From Candidatus Micrarchaeia archaeon (GTDB lineage: Archaea; Micrarchaeota; Micrarchaeia; Micrarchaeales; CABMGC01): a stretch of DNA of 27,749 nt. The stretch covers positions 1 through 27,749 of the forward strand of contig JBMFVN010000001.1 in NCBI GenBank assembly GCA_049965975.1, written 5' to 3'. Made by a program: the position numbers and the translations under genes. The notes below the pieces were generated by a model, which did no database searches, was not told the DNA's origin, and worked only from the letters and a program-made list of their open reading frames with translations. The stretch's first letter is position 1; the number at the start of each line of letters is the position of its first letter. Positions 17,524 through 25,695 of the stretch are shown one piece after another.

Positions 17524-18042
17524 TTATTCATATATTCCCGCTTCTCTGTTGATTTTTCTCAGTTCTCTTATCCTTATAGCTGAGGGCCCTCGTATTGGAA
17601 ACCTTGCAACAAACACCTTTGAATCAAAAAGTTTTTGCTTCTGAAAGCCAAACTTGAAATCATTTGCACCAGTGAATTTTTGATAGGTTATCCTGCCAAT
17701 GAAGCACACAATTTTTGGCTTTTTTCTCTTTACGATTTGACAAAGCCGTCTTACACCTTTGCCTTCTTCGCCTTTTATCAGTTGTGACACGTCGCGAGAC
17801 GGTCTGTCAACTAAGTTAATAAATCCGAGACCGTACTTCTCAAATTTTGTGTAATAGAACCTTTTCAGTTCTTTGTCGCTTTTGAGCAGGTTTACTGGCT
17901 CTTTTATTATGCCTGCTTTAGACAAATTGTACCAAAACGTCTTGTTGTTCGAGAAAGGCACCCCTTTGGCGTATGATCCAAAGTGCGGGTTTATACCTAC
18001 AAACAGTATTTTGGCCCTATTGGGAACAAGGTACCTGATCAC
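17524..18042 (-). CDS. mug: Mismatch-specific uracil-DNA glycosylase (Mug/TDG, UDG family 2)
   Basis: ILFVGINPHFGS...FSNNKTFW, GFINLVDRPS, KIVCFIG. GTG at 18042 gives 172 aa, the size of bacterial Mug. Confidence 0.85.
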   Translation of the reverse strand: MIRYLVPNRAKILFVGINPHFGSYAKGVPFSNNKTFWYNLSKAGIIKEPVNLLKSDKELKRFYYTKFEKYGLGFINLVDRPSRDVSQLIKGEEGKGVRRLCQIVKRKKPKIVCFIGRITYQKFTGANDFKFGFQKQKLFDSKVFVARFPIRGPSAIRIRELRKINREAGIYE

Positions 18043-18130
18043 TAAATCGAGTATATTGTGCAAGCAGAATATATATTTATAGCAAATTATCGCCAAAGCA
18101 CATGTTGAAATTGAAGTTTGGAGTACGAAA

Positions 18131-18144
18131 AGAGTAAATACTCT
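18131..18144. promoter_or_regulatory. Perfect inverted repeat AGAGTA-AA-TACTCT in the mug/NifX-like divergent gap
   Basis: Seen directly; a second imperfect repeat TATTGTGC-AA-GCAGAATA lies at 18054-18071. Confidence 0.35.
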
Positions 18145-18195
18145 ATTGTTCATATATCTTTTATCTTTATTAGATACGGTGATTGCACGCCTGAT

Positions 18196-18525
18196 ATGAT
18201 AATTGTTGCTGCGATAGATTATGATGGCCTGCTTACAGGCATTGGAAGGGCCCCAAAGGTTGCTATAGCGAAGGCAAGCAACGGAGCCATAACAAGCGTA
18301 GAGGAGAAAGAGGTAAAGTGGGGCGAGGCCCACGAAAAAGAACAAGAAGGCCTGCACCATTCTAATCTTGCAAAATTCTTCATATCAAACAAGGCAACAG
18401 ACATAGTTGCTGCAGGAGCAGGACCAGACATGCAGCACATGATAGAAAGACTGGGCATCAAGCTTCACATAGCTTCTGGCTATTACCGCGATGTTATAGC
18501 TTCGATTGCAAATGAAAACAAATAA
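18196..18525 (+). CDS. NifB/NifX (dinitrogenase FeMo-cofactor-binding, MTH1175-like) family protein
   Basis: GIGRAPKVAI, His-rich loop, TDIVAAGAGP, ERLGIKL. Start set at ATG 18196. Confidence 0.75.
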   Translation: MIIVAAIDYDGLLTGIGRAPKVAIAKASNGAITSVEEKEVKWGEAHEKEQEGLHHSNLAKFFISNKATDIVAAGAGPDMQHMIERLGIKLHIASGYYRDVIASIANENK

Positions 18526-18597
18526 ACCTGCAGCTCTCTCGCGAAAAGACAAAGATTAAATAGTGTTTCGTAAATATTATATTGTCAAGGGGATTGT

Positions 18598-19341
18598 GTG
18601 TTCGAATTGAAGCTCGATGATGCGAGATATTGGAGGGATTGCGTTGAAGCAATAGTCAGCCTTGTAGACGAAGGCGTGTTCACAATAAGCAAGGAAGGCA
18701 TAACGCTAAAAGCCATGGACCCTAGCGGCATAAGCATGGTTTCCTTCTTCATGCCCAGCAAGGCGTTTTCAAATTATGATGTTGAAAAGACTGCAACCAT
18801 AGGCGTAAATCTCGACAATCTCAGCAAGATAATGTCGAGAACCAGGGACAACGAGTCATTGGTTATGAAAGATTCTGACAACAAGCTTCTTTTGGAGTTT
18901 GCCGGAGGAAAGAGCAAGAGAAGGTACAAGCTGCAGCTCATAGACATAAAAAGCAAGGACGAGAAAGAGCCAAAGGTGGAGTTCGACGCCAACGTAGAAG
19001 TAGATGGCGAGCACCTCAAAAACGTGCTCAAGGATGCCAGCCTCATATCTTCTTACATAGCCTTCAAAGCAACAAAGGACCAGTTTGCGATAACCGCAAA
19101 GGGCGATTCTGGAGAGCTTGAAGAAGTGCATGATGTCGACGGCGCTGAAGTTAAAAAGGTAGAAGCCAGCAAGGATGCCAGCGCAGTGTTCAACCTCGAA
19201 TTCCTTGAAAACATGGTAAAGTCAAGCCCCGTTGGCAATTCTGTGCAGCTTTCACTCAAGACAAACCAGCCTCTAAAGCTTGGCTATAGCATAGGAGACG
19301 CTACAATCGTGTATTACCTTGCGCCTTACGTTGAAGAGTAG
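18598..19341 (+). CDS. pcn: DNA polymerase sliding clamp PCNA
   Basis: LKAMDPSGISMV, YYLAP C-terminus, 247 aa; GTG start with AGGGGA RBS. Confidence 0.97.
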   Translation: MFELKLDDARYWRDCVEAIVSLVDEGVFTISKEGITLKAMDPSGISMVSFFMPSKAFSNYDVEKTATIGVNLDNLSKIMSRTRDNESLVMKDSDNKLLLEFAGGKSKRRYKLQLIDIKSKDEKEPKVEFDANVEVDGEHLKNVLKDASLISSYIAFKATKDQFAITAKGDSGELEEVHDVDGAEVKKVEASKDASAVFNLEFLENMVKSSPVGNSVQLSLKTNQPLKLGYSIGDATIVYYLAPYVEE

Positions 19342-19357
19342 CCTGTTTAATTTATTT

Positions 19358-22057
19358 TTATCTGCTTTTGTTTTTAGTAGTTGTGGCTATGTTTATGCGC
19401 GTCTTCTGTTTCTCAAAGTCAAGTATCTCTTTGGGCAGATCGGTATAGCGGTTGAGCTGCTTCAAACCTATCAGCTTTATCTCGGCCTTAAGAAGCTCTG
19501 GCTTGCCTGATGTGCCGTCGTTTGCGTAGGCAAGGTCAAGGTACGTAAAACCACGAGTGCCTTGGCTTGTTGGTATGCCAACCTGCATTGGAAAGCCAGT
19601 AAGCATTGACGAGGTGGTGCCAGTAGCAGAGATTACAGTTTGACCCCAAGGAGTAGTTATGAAATCTATAGAGTGCTCATGCCTGTCTGCGCCCAGCGCC
19701 AAAATATGATCAGCGTCAAGGTTTAATCTCCTTGTTTGCAGCCTGTGGGCCACATAAATGCTTGTATTGTCTGACAATTTAACGTCACCGGAGCCCATGT
19801 CTCCGCCAGAGATCGGAATTATTTGAGCCCTTACCCTGCCCTTCAAAGTCTGCGCTATTGACATGGCTTCGTCGTTAGTTTTGTTTCGATAAGATTTGTT
19901 GTAATGCTGGCCTGAAACAACCACTATCGCCTGAGCCTTCGCCGCTTTTATCACTGGTAGCAGATGCTGGATAAGCACTTCCCTCTGCTCATCAGTATTG
20001 CCTATAGGCTGCTTGTAAAGCAAATAAGATTCGTATTCTTCAACAAGCTCCTGCCTTCTGTTTCTGTCGATTTTTGTTTTCGCCAGGTATTCTTCAAACT
20101 CCTTGACATTTGAAATAGAACTCTCTTTGTTAAGCTCGTTCTTTATGCCAAGATAATCGCCTTCTATGTTGTCCCCTCCTAAGAACAAAATGTTTGCCAC
20201 CAGGCCGTTGTCCTTTAAGTACTTTTCCAAAGCGTCTGTAAGCCGAACGGTTGGCAAGCCGTAGCCTGAAGTGCCTATGTGCGCATCGTTGTACATCAGA
20301 ATGGGCAGCTGCTTTATCTGCGCAGGCTGCGAATACGATGCCAGATAAGGAGCTAGCGAATCCGGCATTCGCTCTTTAGCTTCCCTTAGCAAGCGCAAAT
20401 TCATCTCGCTTGGAAGCTTGTTCTCAATCTGAGCTATTGACTCTTCGGAAAGCTCTGAATTTGAAATACGCTTCAACTGATCGCTCCTCTTCAGCTCTTT
20501 AAGCCTGCTTTCAAGAGGCTCCTTTTCGTCATCAAAGGCTTCCTTTGCCTTAAGCTTAAGGTAAGCCGAGCTGTAAAAATAAAAAGAAACACCGCCATCT
20601 TTGCTTATTCTAGCCTCGATAAAGCCGGATGTCACTCCTTTGTTCTTGCCAACGACCTCTGTAAGCGGGGTCTTTATGCCTTCGTTCCATGCCTCCTGGA
20701 CTTTCTGAAAATCTACTATCGGAGGAACAGAAACCTCATAGACAAGCTTGCCTTCTGAATCATGACTATTGAATAAAGGCTTTGCTTTTACGCTTCCTAC
20801 AACCACGTGCGACATGGCAACTATTTCGGCATTGCTGCCTGCGAAATGCGCCTCTGTCTCAAGCCTAGCATCAGGACTGGCAGGATAAGACTCAGACGTG
20901 TTAGACCCTCTGGCAGAAAGCCTGACACCTATTTCTTTCAGGCTTACGTCGTTTACATTCTCACTAAGAATGTCAAGGTTGACGCGCCTGCCGAATGTGT
21001 TCCTTATGTAGGTTTTGACTATTGAATCTGCAAGAAGCCACGAGAGGTCATCGAGCCTTTTCGAGCCAGGGAGATTGTGCGTATAGAGTTCTCCTGCCTC
21101 GGCATGCTCGTGCACTGCCCGCATCGCTTGCTCCTGCTGCTTACTTATCTCTTTTGCTGAAATCCTTTTCAGCATGTCGGCAAGCTCCTTTGAATAAGAG
21201 TCAAGTTCTTCGTATCTTTTTGGCTCTTTAGACTTGTCAACAGAAATTAGCTCTTTGGAAACCTCATCGTATTTCTTCTGCACCTCCTCAACGGAAACGG
21301 TGTCTGTTACAAAATTCGAAATAAGCTCGTCTAGCAGCGGACTTTTGCCCGGGTTCAGCTTTGAACGTATCTTGGCAAGGTCATCGATAGAGTTAAAGTG
21401 CTCCTCGAGCCACAGGCTAAAGAGCTGCCTGAGAAGCTCGTAAGTATGGGCGTAATCGGCCCTTTCCTCTTCAAGCTGCCTTACCTTTTCTCTCAAATTG
21501 TATATTTTCTCCTCATGGCTTTTGCCGTCTTTGCCGTTTGAAAGCTCCTTGTTCAGCAAACCCTTGCTCTTTTCTATTATTGTCGCATCTGCATCTACTT
21601 TCTTTGAATAAGCCAAAAGATCCCTGCCTATCTGGGCCGGGTTGAAGTTGTATTCTTTCACGAACAAGTCGTGGTAGCTGCTTTCGTTGTAAATATCGCT
21701 GTAGCCCATTACGTATACTACTTTAGTATCAAGCTTGTTCTTTGCAAGAAGCTCTGTAAGTCTGACAAGGTGCGGCTTCATAGCAACAGTGGCAAGATCA
21801 AGAGTTCTTATGGCAAGGGGCTTTGTCTTGCTGTAGCCCCCTCTGGTTATGTACTCTGGCATTTTAGGGAGAAGCTCGCCGTTAAAAGCAAGCAAAGAAG
21901 GAACGCCTTCTCCTTTTAAAACTCTGTCCTTTAGCTCTTTGTAAACCCCAATTATGTTTTCCTTGCTGAACCAAACAAGGCCGCCACCAAGTTCGCCAAT
22001 AAGCCATAGGCTTGTTCCGGCATTCTGCCAGTCCCCACCTTTGTTGGCATTAGCCAA
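19358..22057 (-). CDS. Large hypothetical protein: tandem calcineurin-like metallophosphoesterase domains with coiled-coil insertions
   Basis: C-terminal motifs NDAHIG, GGDNIEG, SGQHY, VAH, DRHEH; degenerate N-terminal set. TTG start at 22057 after strong RBS GGAGGGG. Confidence 0.75.
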   Translation of the reverse strand: MANANKGGDWQNAGTSLWLIGELGGGLVWFSKENIIGVYKELKDRVLKGEGVPSLLAFNGELLPKMPEYITRGGYSKTKPLAIRTLDLATVAMKPHLVRLTELLAKNKLDTKVVYVMGYSDIYNESSYHDLFVKEYNFNPAQIGRDLLAYSKKVDADATIIEKSKGLLNKELSNGKDGKSHEEKIYNLREKVRQLEEERADYAHTYELLRQLFSLWLEEHFNSIDDLAKIRSKLNPGKSPLLDELISNFVTDTVSVEEVQKKYDEVSKELISVDKSKEPKRYEELDSYSKELADMLKRISAKEISKQQEQAMRAVHEHAEAGELYTHNLPGSKRLDDLSWLLADSIVKTYIRNTFGRRVNLDILSENVNDVSLKEIGVRLSARGSNTSESYPASPDARLETEAHFAGSNAEIVAMSHVVVGSVKAKPLFNSHDSEGKLVYEVSVPPIVDFQKVQEAWNEGIKTPLTEVVGKNKGVTSGFIEARISKDGGVSFYFYSSAYLKLKAKEAFDDEKEPLESRLKELKRSDQLKRISNSELSEESIAQIENKLPSEMNLRLLREAKERMPDSLAPYLASYSQPAQIKQLPILMYNDAHIGTSGYGLPTVRLTDALEKYLKDNGLVANILFLGGDNIEGDYLGIKNELNKESSISNVKEFEEYLAKTKIDRNRRQELVEEYESYLLYKQPIGNTDEQREVLIQHLLPVIKAAKAQAIVVVSGQHYNKSYRNKTNDEAMSIAQTLKGRVRAQIIPISGGDMGSGDVKLSDNTSIYVAHRLQTRRLNLDADHILALGADRHEHSIDFITTPWGQTVISATGTTSSMLTGFPMQVGIPTSQGTRGFTYLDLAYANDGTSGKPELLKAEIKLIGLKQLNRYTDLPKEILDFEKQKTRINIATTTKNKSR

Positions 22058-22175
22058 AAGGTCCCCCTCCCTAATGGAATAAATGAGCAAACAAATCATT
22101 TAAATAAGTTGCTCGGCATGTGCCGCAATACAAATAAAAGGGGTAATACTTTAGTAAAAATTTTTTTTGATTTTG

Positions 22176-23480
22176 CTATTTTTGAAATTTCCTGCGCCTC
22201 CGCCTTCTCGAAACGAAATCGATTACCTCTAAGTAGAAGAAGCCTATAATTATCCAGACAAAGAAGGCATATACAAGAACAGGGCTCGCAAACATTATCC
22301 CAAGGGCAAGCTGGGCAAGAGAAGCCAGCGCAGCTGCCATAGAAATGTACATAGGCCTGCGGCCGAAGCTCAGGCGTATTAGAGAGGTGTCTGCAGCAAG
22401 ATGCACGAAAAGGCCGCCGAGTGCAGAAACTATGGCAAAGCTCATGAAGGTATTGAAAGCGCCTGCAGGGCTAAGGGCGACAAGGCCCAGGCAGGCATAT
22501 GCCAAAATGGACAAAGCTGCAGCGTTTATGGGCTTGCCCGACCTAAGCTCAGCAAGACTGCTATGCAAATGGCCTTTAGATGCCATTGCAAAAATGGTCC
22601 TTGAAGAAGCGGTCATGAAAGCGAGAACACCGAGCACCGAATCGTTGAATACTGCAAGAAGCAGGAGCAGTACCGCATAAGGCCCGAACATTTGCTTTAT
22701 GACATACAATGCAGGAAATTCTGTAGAAAGCAGATTAGTCTCGTGCAGCGAAAGCAGAGCGTCAGAAAGCCCGTAAACTGCAAAAGCGGCAAGGGCGCCG
22801 CCGATTAGAATAACTCCTATTACAGCAACGCCTATATGTCTGGGCTTCTTGGCTTCTCCAGAAAGGGGCGTGAGCGTGCCGTAGCCTGTAGGTATGCCTA
22901 TTGCAAAAAGTATTGCAAGCGCAATAGAGCCAAGGCTTGGCACAGCCGCAATCGGGTTGTATATTTTGAAGCCTGCCGCCTTTATCCCGAAAACGGCTAT
23001 CAAGACAAGGAACAACACTTCAAGCGAAGCTGCGAAAATGGCATATTTTGCTGAAGGCTTTATTCCGAAAATTACGAACAAGGCTGCAGTGGCAAGAACA
23101 AGCAGCAGCGAAAACGCTATAGGAATGTGAACTATGTAAGTTATTAGGAAAGCCCCACCGACTAGATAAGCAGAGCCATACAAAACAGAATAAAACAGGT
23201 AAAGCCAGCCTGTCTCGAAACCGAGCCTCTTGGAAAGGCTTGAAAACGCATAAGCATAGTAGCCACCTGGCTCTGAAAACCTTGCCGAAAGCTTGTAAAC
23301 GACATAGCCGTTAAGAAGTACTATGAGCGTGCCTATCGCTATGGCGATGGGAGCGAATGTAAGAGCATAGATTAGCACGGCAGTAGCAAAAGTAAGTATT
23401 GAAAGCAAAGGAGCTTGGCCACCAAGACCCATGAAATACAGGTCTGCCAGCTCAAGCTGCCTGCTTAACTTATCGGCCAT
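22176..23480 (-). CDS. APC family amino acid permease
   Basis: GLGGQAP, GGYYAYA, TGYG, SRTIFAMA motifs; ~12 TM. Confidence 0.9.
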   Translation of the reverse strand: MADKLSRQLELADLYFMGLGGQAPLLSILTFATAVLIYALTFAPIAIAIGTLIVLLNGYVVYKLSARFSEPGGYYAYAFSSLSKRLGFETGWLYLFYSVLYGSAYLVGGAFLITYIVHIPIAFSLLLVLATAALFVIFGIKPSAKYAIFAASLEVLFLVLIAVFGIKAAGFKIYNPIAAVPSLGSIALAILFAIGIPTGYGTLTPLSGEAKKPRHIGVAVIGVILIGGALAAFAVYGLSDALLSLHETNLLSTEFPALYVIKQMFGPYAVLLLLLAVFNDSVLGVLAFMTASSRTIFAMASKGHLHSSLAELRSGKPINAAALSILAYACLGLVALSPAGAFNTFMSFAIVSALGGLFVHLAADTSLIRLSFGRRPMYISMAAALASLAQLALGIMFASPVLVYAFFVWIIIGFFYLEVIDFVSRRRRRRKFQK

Positions 23481-23569
23481 GCCAACACCAGAAAGAGCAT
23501 TTAGCTATTTTCTATTCTTGCACGCTAACTTTTATATAGGTGCTAGACTTTATGTAAAATGGGGGTTCT

Positions 23570-25633
23570 GTGGAAGCTGTTGCTGCTAAAGAGTTTGAGG
23601 ACAAGTTCCTTGAATTTTACAATGCTTATTACACAGAGCAGATAAACGCCCTTTTCGTAAGCTATCCGGTAAAAAGGTCGCTAAGCGTAAACATTGCTGA
23701 CCTTGAGAAGTTTGACCATGAGCTTGCAGAGGAGCTGCTAAACAACCCAGACAACGTAATACCTTCTGCAAACTCGGCGCTGGCAAAGCTTAACCCTAAG
23801 CCAGATGCCACAAAGCCCGTTTACGCAAGGTTCTTCAACCCCGATACTTCTAACGCACCGCTTCTTCAGGATGTAGGCTCCGAGCAGATAGGCAAGCTGC
23901 TGACGCTCGATTCCCTGGTAATAAAGCGATCAGAGATAATGCCAAAGGTGCATGTCGGCGTATTCAAGTGCAACGTCTGCGGGACAGTGGTGAAAATAGA
24001 CATGGACAGGCAGGAAGCCCCCGAGATATGCCCGCAGTGCCACCACAAGTCTCTAAAGCAGGTTACCGAAGAATCAGAATTCATAAACTTGCAAAGGCTA
24101 GAAGTCCAAGACCCGCTAGAAAAGCTCAAGGGCAACGTGCCCAACTGGCACATGGAAATATGGCTTCAGGATGACTTGGTAAACAGCGTCCTGCCTGGAG
24201 ACAGGGCAGACATAACAGGAATTCTGAGAATAAGGCCCAGGATAACAAGAACCGGCAAGCAGGACAAGTCAGTTTTCACGATGTTTCTCGAAGCAGTCTC
24301 TGTAAACCCGAAGCAGAAGGAATTCGCAGAACTCGAGATAACACCGGAAGAGGAGCAGAAGATAAAAGAGCTTGCAAAAGATCCGCTCATATTTGACAAG
24401 CTTGCGAAGTCAATAGCGCCTTCCATATACGGCTATGATGAGATAAAGAAGGCCATAACGCTTCAGCTCTTCGGCGGCACGCCTGACAAAAGGCTGATAG
24501 ACGGCGGACTGATAAGGAGCGACATACATATACTTCTCATAGGCGATCCTGGAACAGCAAAGACAAGACTTTTGCAGTCTGTAACTGCAATAGTGCCAAA
24601 GGGCATATATGTCAGCGGCAAGTCAGTGAGCTCTGCGGGCCTTACTGCAACTGCGGAGAGGGACGAACTCTCAGAAGGTGGTTGGACCCTTAAGGCAGGC
24701 GCTCTAGTTCTTGGCTCTGGCGGAACCGTATGCATAGATGAATTTGACAAAATAAGCGATGAAGACAAGGCAGGATTGCTTGAAGCCATGGAATCTCAGA
24801 CGATAAGCGTTGCAAAGGCAGGAATAGTGGCGCGTTTCAACGCGAAGGCGTCTATTCTTGCAAGCGCAAACCCAAAGTTTGGGAGGTTCGACAGGAACAT
24901 ATATCCATCGGAGCAGTTCGACATACCGCCGACACTTCTTTCAAGATTTGACCTTATTTTCCCGATAACTGACCTCATGGACGAGGAGCTTGACAGGAAC
25001 ATAGCAAGGCACATACTCATACAGCACGAAGCGGCAGGAGCACAGATCGCACAAGTAGCCGAGTACGAGCAGGTAGAGGCTCCGCCGATAGACGCTGATA
25101 TTCTGAGAAAGTATATAGCTTATGCAAAGAAGAACATAAAGCCCAGGCTCACAAAGGAGGCAAGCGAAAGGATAGAGGACTATTACACAGATCTCAGAAA
25201 GCTTGGGCTCAAGCAGGGAGCCACGCCAATAACGCCGAGACAGATAGAAGGCCTTGTCAGGCTTGCAGAAGCAAGCGCAAAGTCTAGACTCTCTCCGGTT
25301 GTAGAGCTTAAAGACGCTGAAATAGCTGTGCAGCTCACCGACTACATGCTTAACACGCTTGCAGTAGACAAGAGCGGAAGGCGCGACATAGACATATTGC
25401 AGACAGGCATGCCTAAGGAGAAAGTCGACAAGATAAACACAATAATGGGCATAATAAAGGAAATGGAGGAAAAGGAGGGCAACGCAAAAGTAACTTCTGT
25501 TCTCGAAGAGGCTGAAAAGGCTGGCATAGACAGGCAGACAACTGTAAAGTACATAGACGAGCTCGAGAGAAGCGGCGACGTGTATATGCCTAAGCCAGGT
25601 ATACTCAAGATTGTGAAGCACGAGTCCGAATAG
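23570..25633 (+). CDS. mcm: Replicative helicase MCM
   Basis: Zn finger CNVC...CPQC, Walker A GDPGTAKT, Walker B CIDEFDK, SRFD arginine finger, TPRQIE, C-terminal wH. GTG start; no intein. Confidence 0.98.
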   Translation: MEAVAAKEFEDKFLEFYNAYYTEQINALFVSYPVKRSLSVNIADLEKFDHELAEELLNNPDNVIPSANSALAKLNPKPDATKPVYARFFNPDTSNAPLLQDVGSEQIGKLLTLDSLVIKRSEIMPKVHVGVFKCNVCGTVVKIDMDRQEAPEICPQCHHKSLKQVTEESEFINLQRLEVQDPLEKLKGNVPNWHMEIWLQDDLVNSVLPGDRADITGILRIRPRITRTGKQDKSVFTMFLEAVSVNPKQKEFAELEITPEEEQKIKELAKDPLIFDKLAKSIAPSIYGYDEIKKAITLQLFGGTPDKRLIDGGLIRSDIHILLIGDPGTAKTRLLQSVTAIVPKGIYVSGKSVSSAGLTATAERDELSEGGWTLKAGALVLGSGGTVCIDEFDKISDEDKAGLLEAMESQTISVAKAGIVARFNAKASILASANPKFGRFDRNIYPSEQFDIPPTLLSRFDLIFPITDLMDEELDRNIARHILIQHEAAGAQIAQVAEYEQVEAPPIDADILRKYIAYAKKNIKPRLTKEASERIEDYYTDLRKLGLKQGATPITPRQIEGLVRLAEASAKSRLSPVVELKDAEIAVQLTDYMLNTLAVDKSGRRDIDILQTGMPKEKVDKINTIMGIIKEMEEKEGNAKVTSVLEEAEKAGIDRQTTVKYIDELERSGDVYMPKPGILKIVKHESE

Positions 25634-25695
25634 CTTCGGAACCGAGAAGCTAAGAAAAGGTTTTTATTGATAAATAGGTATTCTCTATTGATTCT

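Noticed and set aside
18043-18360. Long N-terminal extension of the Mug ORF
   Set aside because: Overlaps the NifX-like gene and the intergenic promoter. Family homology begins at GTG 18042.
22062-22079. TTCCATTAGGGAGGGGG (minus strand) resembling an ORB origin box
   Set aside because: Lacks the GAAA core and spacing, is single-copy with no cdc6 nearby, and sits exactly where a Shine-Dalgarno is expected.
23481-23569. AT-rich gap before mcm as replication origin
   Set aside because: Only 89 nt, no repeated ORB motifs; adequately explained as a divergent promoter.
24941-25621. 226-aa antisense ORF inside mcm
   Set aside because: Antisense shadow of a conserved gene; composition (L/C/Y/V-rich) is typical of a reverse frame.
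23570-25633. Intein or viral/plasmid origin of MCM
   Set aside because: Length (687 aa) and motifs are continuous with no insertion, and the flanks are housekeeping genes.
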